NCBI GenBank assembly: GCA_963668675.2
Contig: CAXXMB010000002.1
Location: 2,624,001 to 2,688,000, forward strand
Length of the DNA stretch: 64,000 nt
Source of the DNA: an uncultured Desulfatitalea sp.
Lineage (GTDB): Bacteria > Desulfobacterota > Desulfobacteria > Desulfobacterales > Desulfosarcinaceae
Direction: 5' to 3'
The notes beneath the pieces are model-generated. The model did no database searches, was not told the origin of the DNA, and worked only from the letters and a program-made list of their open reading frames with translations. The position numbers were made by a program, and so were the translations under genes. How positions within the stretch are numbered: position 1 is the first letter of the stretch; every line of letters begins with the position of its first letter. Shown here piece after piece: positions 51,200 to 61,143 of the stretch.

Positions 51200-52428
51200 C
51201 GAAATTTCGAGTACTGCACGTACTGGGACAGCGTCCGGAAATGACCGGGAGCGGGATCTATCTTGAAGCCCTGATGCGGGAATCGCAAAAACAAGGAATC
51301 GTCTGTTACCGGGTCGCAGGTGTTCCTGAAGGCAGCCGGCACCCGTTGCCGGTGAACTCTTCAGTGGACGAGGATTTCGTTCTCTTTGAATCGGAGCCGC
51401 TCGATTTCCCGGTCGTTGGCATGTCCGATGTCATGCCCTATCGCAGTTCGCTGTTCAGCGAATTGAAGGGCCGGCGTTTGACGGCCTACAAGGCGGAATT
51501 CTCCAGTGTGCTGGATGCGGCGGTCAATCGTTTCAAGCCGAATATCATACACACCAACCACCTCTTCCTGCTGTCGGCCCTGGTCAGGAAACGGTTCCCA
51601 AATTTACCCATGGTTACTACCTGCCATGGAACCGATCTGCGGCAATACGAGCTGTGCCCGCATTTGAGACGATTTGTGCGGCGTCATTGCCGTTACATTG
51701 ACAAAATCATCGCCTTGAGTGCTGATCAGAAAAGGGATATCCAACAGGTGTATAACATTCCTGCAGATACCATTGCGGTTATCGGTGGAGGTTACGACGA
51801 TACCATTTTCAACCGAGGTCCGCGGCGCTTGGCCGGAACGATTCAATTGTTGTATGCCGGGAAACTGAATCGGAGCAAAGGCGTTCCCTGGTTGCTGCAA
51901 TCCCTCATGAAGATCACAGAACGGGATTGGCACCTGCATGTGGCGGGAGGCGGTAGTGGGCCGGAATACGACCTGTGCATCGACCTGGCCCGGCGACTTG
52001 GCGACAGGGTGACCCTGCACGGGCATGTCAGCCATCACCGGCTGGCCGAACTGATGAAACAAGCCCATATTCAGGTGCTACCCTCCTTTTTCGAAGGATT
52101 GCCTCTGGTGCTGTTCGAAGGGCTGGCCTCGGGATGCCGCGTCATCACTACCGAGTTGTCAGGATTCCGTCAAATATTTGGAAAAACCAGAGAAGACACG
52201 GTTTGCTTACTTCCCCTGCCGCCCCTCGAGACCATTGACCGACCATATCAAGAAGACGAAGCCCGGCTGATCGATGCCCTTTCTGAAAGCCTTCTCGGAA
52301 TGATCATGACCGCCAGCCGGTCTCCCGATGTCGACGATCCCGAGGCCGACAATATTGCAACCGATTATACCTGGTCGCGGGTATTTAAATGCACCCTGTC
52401 CGTTTATGAGGCGGCAGTGCTCAAGTGA
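51196..52428 (+). CDS. Glycosyltransferase family 4
   Basis: TGSGIY, HGTDL, YAGKL..SKGV, PSFFEGLPLVLFE (EX7E); overlaps the radical SAM gene. Confidence 0.9.
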   Translation: MTKFRVLHVLGQRPEMTGSGIYLEALMRESQKQGIVCYRVAGVPEGSRHPLPVNSSVDEDFVLFESEPLDFPVVGMSDVMPYRSSLFSELKGRRLTAYKAEFSSVLDAAVNRFKPNIIHTNHLFLLSALVRKRFPNLPMVTTCHGTDLRQYELCPHLRRFVRRHCRYIDKIIALSADQKRDIQQVYNIPADTIAVIGGGYDDTIFNRGPRRLAGTIQLLYAGKLNRSKGVPWLLQSLMKITERDWHLHVAGGGSGPEYDLCIDLARRLGDRVTLHGHVSHHRLAELMKQAHIQVLPSFFEGLPLVLFEGLASGCRVITTELSGFRQIFGKTREDTVCLLPLPPLETIDRPYQEDEARLIDALSESLLGMIMTASRSPDVDDPEADNIATDYTWSRVFKCTLSVYEAAVLK

Positions 52429-52831
52429 ATCAGAAATAACGGTGATTCTTGCGAGTCATGCACCTAAGTACAATAGACAGCAGATACCAGATCGTAACCA
52501 AAGGGTTTCCAGGCCGTCACTACCCTGTAGGCACATCCTTAAAGATTGTCTAACATTTTGGTATTTTTTTGTAAACGCATCGATAACAGCCAGATCGGGT
52601 CGTTCCAAAACACCAATTATCAGACCAAACAGAAATAGGTCAATATCCGTTTATAACCCCAACATCGGCCTATTTGCAGGTAAAGGTGGATAATCACCAC
52701 TTGATCCTGATAAGTAAAATGCGATCCGAATGCTAACTTAAAAAGTGATACAAATACTAGGGCCGGTCACCAGAACGAGCCATGCGGGGTATCGCGCTGG
52801 CGTCCGGATAAAGAAAACAGGAGAGTAATTA

Positions 52832-54922
52832 ATGGAATTGATCCGACGGGCCTTGGACCAAGGCCGAACGGTGCTGTCTGAATTGGAGTCCAAACGGATT
52901 CTGGCCCATTATGGTATCCTGGTTACGCAGGAGATTCTTGTCCGAAGCGCCGACCGGGCCGCCGAGGCCGCTGATGAAATCGGCTATCCTTTGGTGCTCA
53001 AAGGGTGTTCGCCCGAGGTCGCTCACAAAACCGAAAAGGGACTGATCGAAACCGATATCCGAACCCGGAAGGAGGCCGCCAAGGCATACGGTCGGATTAT
53101 TTCCCGTTCTCCCGGCCTGGAAAGCGTTCTGGTTCAGGAGATGGTCAAGGGGAAACGCGAACTGGTGGTGGGCATGACCCGCGATCCCCAGTTCGGTCCC
53201 AGCGTGATGTTCGGACTGGGTGGGATTTTTACCGAAGTTCTCCGGGACGTCGTGTTTCGCGTGGCCCCGCTTGAAAAGGCCGATTGCTTGGAAATGATGA
53301 GCGATATCAAGGGTCGCAAAATTCTGGACCGGGTCCGGGGTATGGAGCCGGCGGCCAGGGACGCCTTGGCTGAAATCCTGATACAGGTCGGGCGCATCGG
53401 CCTGGAAAACGAAGCGGTCAAGGAGATCGACATCAATCCGGTCATCCTGGACGGCTCGCGCCCGGTGGCCGTTGACGCCTTGATTATACTCGACAAAGGC
53501 GTGAAGGCGGCGGGGCGCGGGATGAGCGTGAACGATGTGGTGATTTCCGGTCTGGATTCGCTGTTCAATCCCGATTCAACGGCCCTGGTGGGCCTGCCCC
53601 AGGGCATGAAGACGGGAAAACTGTTCTTGGTGGCCATGAGGGACATGGGATACGCCGGCAAACTATACGGCGTGAACCCAAAGGCCTCCGAAATCGACGG
53701 CGTGCCGTGCTATCAGACCATATCCGACGTGCCGGGCCCCATTGATCTGGCTATCGTTCTGGTGCCCACCGGGATGTTATGGGACGTAGCCCGGGAGTGC
53801 GCGGACAAGGGCGTCAAGGGAGCGGTTTTGTTTACCGCCGGGGGCAAGGAACTGGGCACGGAAGAGGGCCGCTTGCTGGAAACCGACCTGGCCGGGCTGG
53901 CCGCATCTTCGGGCATGCGCATTTTCGGACCCAACTGCATGGGATTGTATTCGTCAGAATCGGGCATCAGTTTTTTCCCCGGCCTTTCCAAAAAGCCAGG
54001 TTCCGTGGGCCTGATATCCCACAGCGGATCGTTGGCCAATATCATCGGGCGGATGCATGAAGAGACCGGCATCACCTTCAGCAAAATGGCCAGCCTGGGC
54101 AACGAATGCGACGTGAACGCCAGCCACATGCTGGCCTATTTGGGTCGGGATGACCGGACCCGCGTGATCGGCATGTACATCGAAAACATCAAGGACGGCC
54201 GGCTGTTCCTGGATGCGCTCAAATCGACCTCCCTGAAAAAACCGGTGCTGTTGTGGAAACAGGGGCTGACAAAGGAGGGCGGCCGTGCAGCGTCCTCCCA
54301 CACCGGCGCCCTGGCCGGGTCCAGGGAAATCTGGGAAGGCGTGGTCCGTCAAGGCGGCGGCATTCCGGTCTTCGGCTGGGAGGAATGGGTGGATTCGCTC
54401 ATGACCTTTTCCATGTTGCCCGGCGGCGATTTGGGCAACCGGTTGGCCATTATTTCCGGTCCGGGAGGGCTTTGCGTCTCCATGGCCGAAGCCTGCGGCC
54501 GGGCCGGTCTGGCCCTGGCCGAACTGAATGAAGACACCCAGGCGGCTTTGGCGCGGTTCATTCCGCCCACCGGCACCAGCCTGAGAAACCCCGTGGACGT
54601 GAGCTTGACCGCCTCGATGGTCATCGACATGTACATCGACGCCGCGCGTATCGTGACCGCCGATCCGGGCGTGGACGCGTTGATGATCGCCGGGATCGGC
54701 TTGAGTCCCGAAGATAACCGGAAATACACCGCTGGAATGATCGACGTCCAAAGAGAAGCAGGCAAACCGTTTCTGATGGTGGATATTCCGGGCCTCGACC
54801 CGGCCCATGCCCTGGAATTCCGGGCGGCGGGAATTCCGTTTTATATGTCCGGCGAACGGGCCGCCGAAGCGTATGCCAAGGTGATTCGATATCGCGCCTG
54901 GCGGGACAATCACACCTCCTGA
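52832..54922 (+). CDS. ADP-forming acetate/acyl-CoA ligase, fused in beta-alpha order
   Basis: N-terminal ATP-grasp (GYPLVLK, AHKTEKG, DPQFGP, EIDINP), then CoA-binding domain (GPNCMG), phospho-His SHTGALAG, NPVD. Confidence 0.9.
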   Translation: MELIRRALDQGRTVLSELESKRILAHYGILVTQEILVRSADRAAEAADEIGYPLVLKGCSPEVAHKTEKGLIETDIRTRKEAAKAYGRIISRSPGLESVLVQEMVKGKRELVVGMTRDPQFGPSVMFGLGGIFTEVLRDVVFRVAPLEKADCLEMMSDIKGRKILDRVRGMEPAARDALAEILIQVGRIGLENEAVKEIDINPVILDGSRPVAVDALIILDKGVKAAGRGMSVNDVVISGLDSLFNPDSTALVGLPQGMKTGKLFLVAMRDMGYAGKLYGVNPKASEIDGVPCYQTISDVPGPIDLAIVLVPTGMLWDVARECADKGVKGAVLFTAGGKELGTEEGRLLETDLAGLAASSGMRIFGPNCMGLYSSESGISFFPGLSKKPGSVGLISHSGSLANIIGRMHEETGITFSKMASLGNECDVNASHMLAYLGRDDRTRVIGMYIENIKDGRLFLDALKSTSLKKPVLLWKQGLTKEGGRAASSHTGALAGSREIWEGVVRQGGGIPVFGWEEWVDSLMTFSMLPGGDLGNRLAIISGPGGLCVSMAEACGRAGLALAELNEDTQAALARFIPPTGTSLRNPVDVSLTASMVIDMYIDAARIVTADPGVDALMIAGIGLSPEDNRKYTAGMIDVQREAGKPFLMVDIPGLDPAHALEFRAAGIPFYMSGERAAEAYAKVIRYRAWRDNHTS

Positions 54923-54957
54923 CCAGCGTTCTCGGTATAAGCTCAATGCAACAAGCA

Positions 54958-55047
54958 GCTTAGCAAGGCGTTGCACCGGCACCGCAGCGCAGATGGTATG
55001 TCTTCTTGCGAGGCCGTTCGGCAGCCTGGTGAAAGCGGGCGTTAGCC
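54958..55047 (+). mobile_element. Degenerate integron attC-like site
   Basis: R'' GCTTAGC (AAC changed to AGC), 5-nt spacer, L'' GTTGCACC ... L' GGTGAAA (extra unpaired G), spacer, R' GTTAGCC. Confidence 0.55.
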
Positions 55048-55068
55048 TGCATTACTGTGGAGATATTA

Positions 55069-55311
55069 ATGGTCAAAAGGCTATTTGTTTATGGCACGTT
55101 AGCCCCAGGAAGGCCAAACGAACTGTATTCATATCGAAGAATCTTGCTGAGCAATAGACCGAACTCGATGGCTTTGAAGTCGAGGGCTATGAGTGTGTTG
55201 CTGACCACGGTAAAGCTAAAGGACGGCAGTGCCATAGACGCCTACATCTACCAGGTCAGAAATAGTGAGCCACTTCGTTTCAAGAGAGCTGTTTTACAAG
55301 TGAGCCGTTAG
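55069..55311 (+). pseudogene. Gamma-glutamylcyclotransferase (AIG2-like) cassette gene, internally deleted or frameshifted
   Basis: KRLFVYGTLAPGRPN start and VKLKDGSAIDAYIY end are recognisable, but the middle is short and does not match the family. Confidence 0.6.
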
Positions 55312-55495
55312 AGAAAGTCAGGGTATAGATTAACTTTTGGTCTGATATTGCCCAAATATATTGCTTCCAGGATAGCGGATGGTGTTTTCCGTGCCGCGGA
55401 AGCGTATTTGTCATGGTTTTGTGCTTGTGAAGAACAAATTACTTACACCAACATGGCCCACTGCTTGAACTCTGCTGTAATTTTTTTCCGCACTG

Positions 55496-55645
55496 CAGAT
55501 AATCCCGCCGATGAGCACATTGACGGTGGGCACGTCGTCGATCCTTCCGCGCGTCCTAACGGCGTTTATGATGCCTGATATTGTCCTCCTGGCGCTGCTG
55601 ATCTCTTTTCCGTCGATCACACCATGGCTTCAGAGCAATATGTGA
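55496..55645 (+). pseudogene. Remnant resembling the C-terminus of a TRAP transporter large permease (DctM)
   Basis: QIIPPM...AFMMPDIVLLALLISFPSITPWLQSNM* resembles the DctM tail (ITPP...PF...DIV.LALL..FP.I..WLP..M); no upstream coding region. Confidence 0.4.
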
Positions 55646-55936
55646 ATACCTCAGTTTTCAGAGGCTTGCTCCGGCGAGTCCAAAGGGTGGCCCGTTTTAT
55701 CCGGCAGCCAAGTGCGTTGCGGTCCTATCGTTGAAGTTGCAGGCCCCTGGCCTGACCCCTTGACCTCAGCCGATGGATCGGTTAGATATAACCGAAGAAG
55801 TAGGCAGTTACCCCCTTATATTGCCACCGTACCGCAGATCGACTCAAACCGCTGTCCTTCGGCGATGTTGCATCATGACCCTTCATGATGCTGTGGAACG
55901 TCTGCGGTTGTTCTGTGAGTCAACCTTTTTCCGTTT

Positions 55937-56827
55937 ATGTGTTTGACCAAGAGATACCAGGCCATGCATGAGTCCACGAACGCGTATGCACTTCTATTTT
56001 CAGGGGAATTCGCTTCAGCAGCGATGGAGTCGGCTTTTCTTAACGCCAATTGGCAATCCATCAAAAAAATGACGCAGTGCACGCTGCTGGTCATCGCTGT
56101 GATGGGCATGGCCTTTTTCGCCGCTGACGTTCTGGCAGAGGAAAAGGGCAGCACGCTTGCTCTGCTTTTTACCGTAAGGTTGATTGCCACGGGTACGATC
56201 GCACTTGCAGCCTTGCATATCGGCCGTCTGTCATCTTACACGGCACGCTATCGAATACTTCAATTCTTCATCCAATTGCTCATTCCCATCGCTATCTTTT
56301 GGGTGGCTTTCTACAGAGGATTGCCGGCCGTCTATGTGGGAGTGGACGCCATTCTTTTCACGCTGGTCTATTATCAATTTGTAAGCAACAGCTTCAAATT
56401 GACCATAGCAGCGTCGGTTTTTTTCGGCCTGAGTGCAATTGCTTTCTCCGTCCTCTTTCTGGAATTCAAAACGCTGGAGATAGTCGGTGCCTTCCTCTTT
56501 CTAATTCCACTCAACTATCTTGGCATTATGACACTGCGATCGAACAATCGTGCGAAACGACGAGAGTATGCGGCCCTGAAAGAGTCGGAGCGTCATGATG
56601 ACGAAAAAGAGAAGTTGATTGGAGATCTGCAGGCGGCTCTTTCAGAAGTAAAGACACTCCAGGGGTTTATTCCCATTTGCTCAAAGTGTAAGAAGATACG
56701 TGATGATGAGGGCTTTTGGGAGAAGATAGAAAACTACATTCAAGACCGCACCGATGCCAAATTCAGTCACAGCCTTTGTCCCAATTGCGCTAAGGATCTC
56801 TACGGGAAATTTATCGAGAAAGCATAA
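55937..56827 (+). CDS. Membrane protein (about 6 TM) with a coiled coil and a C-terminal CxxC...HxxCPxC domain
   Basis: Hydrophobic N-terminal half, then VKTLQGFIPICSKCKKIRDDEGFW...FSHSLCPNC; the start may be 55964. Confidence 0.8.
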   Translation: MCLTKRYQAMHESTNAYALLFSGEFASAAMESAFLNANWQSIKKMTQCTLLVIAVMGMAFFAADVLAEEKGSTLALLFTVRLIATGTIALAALHIGRLSSYTARYRILQFFIQLLIPIAIFWVAFYRGLPAVYVGVDAILFTLVYYQFVSNSFKLTIAASVFFGLSAIAFSVLFLEFKTLEIVGAFLFLIPLNYLGIMTLRSNNRAKRREYAALKESERHDDEKEKLIGDLQAALSEVKTLQGFIPICSKCKKIRDDEGFWEKIENYIQDRTDAKFSHSLCPNCAKDLYGKFIEKA

Positions 56828-57409
56828 ACCGGGTGGCCGAAACTGGACGGTGAGCCCCTATCTTTTTCAAGGTGGAGCGAAGGCCAGAGGCTTATTTTGT
56901 GCACATCGGCGTATGCTTTAATAGCGGGAGACACCTCATTTTTTCTTTCTACCAACTGATAATATTGACGATTTAAAATCCAACGCCATATAATCCAGTA
57001 AACGTGACCGGGTTGCTGTTTTGATCAACCGCCGTCGAGGTCGAACGGTGCTGTTAAATGGTTCGAACTCGCCTGTCAATTTCTTGTTGGCGCGGCAGTA
57101 CCATGGTATCACCAAGACGCCATTGGTTACTTTTGTGAGCCGGATATGGATGACGACTGCCTTGGATCTGATCTGATCTGTCTTTTTGGCCGCCCGCATA
57201 TGGCAACGAACGTGGTTTTGCGTGCGGCGCCTCTGACCTTTTCTTCACCATCCACTTTTTTACGTCATTCTGTAAATAACATATAAAAACAATTAGGTAT
57301 GGCATTTCAGCACTTCCCGCTGAGCGGTTTGGCCGGGGTGCTTTTTTTGCATGTCCAGAGGTGGCAGTTCTGTCCAATTTTATTTAATCCCAAATTTGGA
57401 GGTATCACC

Positions 57410-58585
57410 ATGTCGATTCAATTGAAGGTCGCACAATCAACAGTGGAGAAGGCAAATGTGTATCAACTTCGCTACAAGGTGTTCATTGAGGAGGAGCGAC
57501 GTTTCGATCTGTCGACGGAGCATATTTACGATCGCTTCGACAGTTTCAATGAAACGAGTAACTTTCTCGCCTACAGCGACAATGTGCCCGTTGCCGGCAT
57601 TCGCCTGGTACTGGATAACCCCGTGGGGTTGCCCGCCGAGGAGGCATTCGATTTCGGACCGCTGCGCAGATCACTCTCCGGCGGGTGTGCCACTGTCGGC
57701 TGGTTTTGTATTCGCAAGCAGTTTCGGCGTCACCCCGGCCTTGTGGTGTCGCTGATTCAGATGTGCTTCCGGAAGATGCGCCAGCATGGCGCCCGTCATG
57801 TGCTGGCTGTCATGCATCCGCCGGCGCTGCCGCTGCTCTCCCGGCTGGTGGGGGCCAGACCTCTGGGGCCCGAAATCGAAGACCATGCCCTGGGCGTGGG
57901 GATCGTTCCGGTGCATGTCGATCTGGAAGAGCTGCCATCGGGCAGCCGGGAGCGATTTATGGATCCGGATGAACATCTCTTCGAAGACTCTGCGGAGCGC
58001 TGTCTGTTCAGAAGAAATGAGACGATCGTTGCCCATGGCGATGAAGACGAACATGTCTATCAGATCATGCGGGGGGTAGTGCGTGCCCAGGATCCGGAGG
58101 TGTTTGAAGGTAAAGTTGGTGAAGAATTAAAAATGTCTCCGGGGCTGCTGCTGGGGCCGGGACAGGTCTTCGGGGAGCTGTCCGCCCTCGATGGAGGCGC
58201 CAGCTCTCAGACCATGATAGCCCATTCCGAAGATGTCGATGTGATGGTGTGGCCGCGCAAGTCGTTTATGGATCAGATGTACGGATCGCCCGAGCGGATG
58301 ATGCAACTCTGCAAGGTGATGGCCCGAAAAGTACGAAATACGTTCGAGGTGCCGGAGAGAGATCCCTCCACGGCCCTTGCCGCCCGCCTGTTGGTGGGGG
58401 CCTCGGGTCAGGGACGCCGACCAGTGGATGCGCGCTGGCTGGCGGGGCAGTGCGGCCTGGACCGGAAGAGCCTCACCCGCGTCGTCATGCCCTGGGAAGA
58501 AGATCATATGATCGAGGCCGACGAGAAGCATAAGAGCATCTGGGTGATCGACGGTGGCAGGCTGGCCAGGGAAGCCAGGTTATAA
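57410..58585 (+). CDS. N-acyl amino acid synthase (FeeM/OxzA-like GNAT) fused to a cNMP-binding domain and a Crp-type HTH
   Basis: VYQLRYKVF, DRFD, VAGIRL, GLP (NAS/LuxI-like fold); LGPGQVFGELSALDG (cNMP fold); WLAGQCGLDRKSLTR...MIE...IWVID (Crp HTH); ATG at 57410 after GGAGG. Confidence 0.8.
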   Translation: MSIQLKVAQSTVEKANVYQLRYKVFIEEERRFDLSTEHIYDRFDSFNETSNFLAYSDNVPVAGIRLVLDNPVGLPAEEAFDFGPLRRSLSGGCATVGWFCIRKQFRRHPGLVVSLIQMCFRKMRQHGARHVLAVMHPPALPLLSRLVGARPLGPEIEDHALGVGIVPVHVDLEELPSGSRERFMDPDEHLFEDSAERCLFRRNETIVAHGDEDEHVYQIMRGVVRAQDPEVFEGKVGEELKMSPGLLLGPGQVFGELSALDGGASSQTMIAHSEDVDVMVWPRKSFMDQMYGSPERMMQLCKVMARKVRNTFEVPERDPSTALAARLLVGASGQGRRPVDARWLAGQCGLDRKSLTRVVMPWEEDHMIEADEKHKSIWVIDGGRLAREARL

Positions 58586-58613
58586 ACGCTTATGATAAAG
58601 ACAGGAGATAGAG

Positions 58614-60716
58614 ATGCAAACGATACAATCCAATCGGCAGGTCAAGCAGTGGCCTGGCGAGAATAAATACTGTTATTGGGAAGAAGCATTTGATCGCAAC
58701 ATTGGCTTTTTAACAGCCGGCGAACAGGAGCGTCTGCATCATGCCACCGTGGCCATCCCCGGCCTCGGGGGCGCGGGCGGCTCCCATGTGGCGACCATGG
58801 CACGGCTCGGTGTCGGAAGGCTGCATCTGGCCGATTTCGACCGTTTCGATCCGGTGAACATCAACCGGCAGCATGGGGCCCGGGTGAGCACTTTTGGGCG
58901 ACGCAAATCGCGCGTCCTGGCCGAGGAGGCCAGGGCCATCAATCCGTTTGTCGAGTTGAAGGTGTTTGACGAAGGGGTGACCGAGGAGAACATGGACGCG
59001 TTCTTGGATGGCGTGGATGTGGTGATCGACGGCATGGACTTTTTCAATATAGAGATGCGCAGGAAGATTTTCAAGCGGGCATGGGACAAGCATATTCATG
59101 TCATCACGGCCGGCCCCATGGGGTTTGGCAGTGCCTTCATGGTTTTTGCCCCGGATCGGGGCATGACCTTCGACCGCTATTTTGATCTATACGACGAGAT
59201 GAGTATGGATGAGAAGCTGATCGCTTTTTTCGTCGGCCTTGCCCCAAAAGCCGCTCAGAAAAACTATACCGTTCCGGGCAGCATCAGCATGGCTGATCGC
59301 CGTGGCCCTTCGCTGGGCAGTGGATGCCAGCTGTGTGCCGCCGTTGCGGCTGCCGAAGCGGTTCGCATTCTCCTCGGTAAGCCTGGCCTGCGGCCTGCGC
59401 CCCATTACTTCCAATTCGATCCGTTCGCGCGCCGCTTCATCCAGGGGCGCCTCTGGTTTGGCAACCGGGGACCGCTGCAGCGCTTCAAGCGCAGGATACT
59501 TAAATCGAAGTTGGGGACACGGTCCGACTTTTTGCAGGAGGCGCGTCCGAAAGCCGATGGACGGCGATGGCCGGATGACAACGCGCCGGACGGGCAGATG
59601 CACGCTTTTCTGATGCAGGCAGCCATTCGTGCCCCTTCGGGCGACAATTGCCAGCCGTGGCAGTACCTTCGCCAGGACAACAAAATACACTTCATGGTGG
59701 ATCCATCTGTGGACCGATCCTTTTTTAATGTCTCCCAGGTGGCATCGTTGATCAGTTGCGGCGCCGCTATAGAGAACCTCGTTCTGGCGGCCAGCCGTTT
59801 TGATAGAGGCGCTCGGGTGGAGATCGTCGGAACGGATGCAGCGCCTCACGTCAGCATTGAGCTGTCCGACAAAAAAGTTGCCGAGGATCCCCTCCAGCGA
59901 TTTGTCTGGGAGCGCCACACCAATCGAACGATGTATGATCGTTCGCCGCTCGACCCTGACGATGGTTTGAAGATTCGCTCATCCATCAAGGCGTTTCCCG
60001 ATGCCAAACTGCTTCTTTTGACCGAGCCGGACCAGATCGAGGAGGCTGGCCGACTGGTCGCCCGAATCGATCGCATCCGGGCCGAGCATCAGGGGTTGCA
60101 CAAGCACCTGATGCGCATGATTCGTTTTACCACCCAAGAGGCAATGGAGAAGAGAGACGGTTTCTCTCTGAAGAATTTGGAGGCGGGCACGGCCGGCGAA
60201 TGGTTCCTTCGCCTGACGCGTCCATGGCCGGTAATGAATGCACTCAACCATATAGGAATGGGCAAGATGGTTTCCAAGATAACCTATCAGGGCATCCGCT
60301 CCTCTTCGGCGGTTGGATTGCTCAAGGTGCCGAGCTGGCGTCCCGCGGACATGATCACAGGCGGACGCGCCCTGGAGCGGATCTGGCTGACGGTTGCGAG
60401 CCTTGGTTTGGCGTTTCAACCCATGACCGCGGCCACCCTCTTCTGGCTTCGCTGGCAGATGGGCGGGCAGGATGACTTCAGCCCCGTGCATCGGAAACTG
60501 TTAACCGAAGTGTGGCCCCATTACCGTCGCCTTTTGGGTGTGCAGAGTGAATCGGAGGGGCATGTGATGCTTTTTCGGGTCGGAAGAGGCCGCCCGGTCA
60601 GTTGCCGTACGTTGAGGAAGCCGGTGGATGCGTTCAGGCTGCCGCTGCCGGATGGTGTGTGGCGAAGCGGTGAAGGTAAAGAGGAGGCACCGCTGCCGAT
60701 GCGCAAGGCAGGATAG
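58614..60716 (+). CDS. ThiF-nitroreductase di-domain enzyme (OxzB / oxazolone synthetase-like)
   Basis: AFDRNIG, IPGLGGAGG, ADFDRFDPVNINRQ, IDGMDFF; then RAPSGDNCQPW, GAAIEN, RHTNR, GRALERIWL...GLAFQP. Confidence 0.85.
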   Translation: MQTIQSNRQVKQWPGENKYCYWEEAFDRNIGFLTAGEQERLHHATVAIPGLGGAGGSHVATMARLGVGRLHLADFDRFDPVNINRQHGARVSTFGRRKSRVLAEEARAINPFVELKVFDEGVTEENMDAFLDGVDVVIDGMDFFNIEMRRKIFKRAWDKHIHVITAGPMGFGSAFMVFAPDRGMTFDRYFDLYDEMSMDEKLIAFFVGLAPKAAQKNYTVPGSISMADRRGPSLGSGCQLCAAVAAAEAVRILLGKPGLRPAPHYFQFDPFARRFIQGRLWFGNRGPLQRFKRRILKSKLGTRSDFLQEARPKADGRRWPDDNAPDGQMHAFLMQAAIRAPSGDNCQPWQYLRQDNKIHFMVDPSVDRSFFNVSQVASLISCGAAIENLVLAASRFDRGARVEIVGTDAAPHVSIELSDKKVAEDPLQRFVWERHTNRTMYDRSPLDPDDGLKIRSSIKAFPDAKLLLLTEPDQIEEAGRLVARIDRIRAEHQGLHKHLMRMIRFTTQEAMEKRDGFSLKNLEAGTAGEWFLRLTRPWPVMNALNHIGMGKMVSKITYQGIRSSSAVGLLKVPSWRPADMITGGRALERIWLTVASLGLAFQPMTAATLFWLRWQMGGQDDFSPVHRKLLTEVWPHYRRLLGVQSESEGHVMLFRVGRGRPVSCRTLRKPVDAFRLPLPDGVWRSGEGKEEAPLPMRKAG

Positions 60717-60762
60717 GCATTCGGCAAAGAGCTGTCTCCGGCAAAGGAGATGTGAATCCAAA

Positions 60763-60800
60763 GCGCCGGTGCAGGGGCATGTGCTGCTCTGCACCGGCGC
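60763..60800. terminator. Strong hairpin after the ThiF-nitroreductase gene
   Basis: GCGCCGGTGCAG...CTGCACCGGCGC followed by TGTTT. Confidence 0.5.
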
Positions 60801-61143
60801 TGTTTATGGCGGCATCGTGTTCGACATTGCCGATCATAAGTCGTCATCATTTTTTCAATTTGATTTTCCCACAGCTATCCATTATGGTGTCCGACAGGCT
60901 TTCAAATGTGCCGGTACAAGGCTTCGCCGGCGCAGGATGTAAATTCCGGTTCCAATTAGCAGTGCGCCTTTTCCGCTTCCGGTATCCTGATAAATCTCCT
61001 GTTCGACATGTGCGGCGCAAAACTGTCTGCCTCTCAGATAGGGGGGGCATCACGTATTGTTTTTGTTCCACATGACCTGGTTGGCCGGCGCGGCAGCCTG
61101 TGGTCGGACAACGTTGCTTGAGTTGAATTAGCAGGAGTTTCCA

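Noticed and set aside
57190..57235. ACGCAAAACC on the minus strand, resembling the c-di-GMP-I (GEMM) riboswitch core
   Set aside because: The P1 stem with its GNRA loop and the 3' motif are missing, and it points away from the nearby gene.
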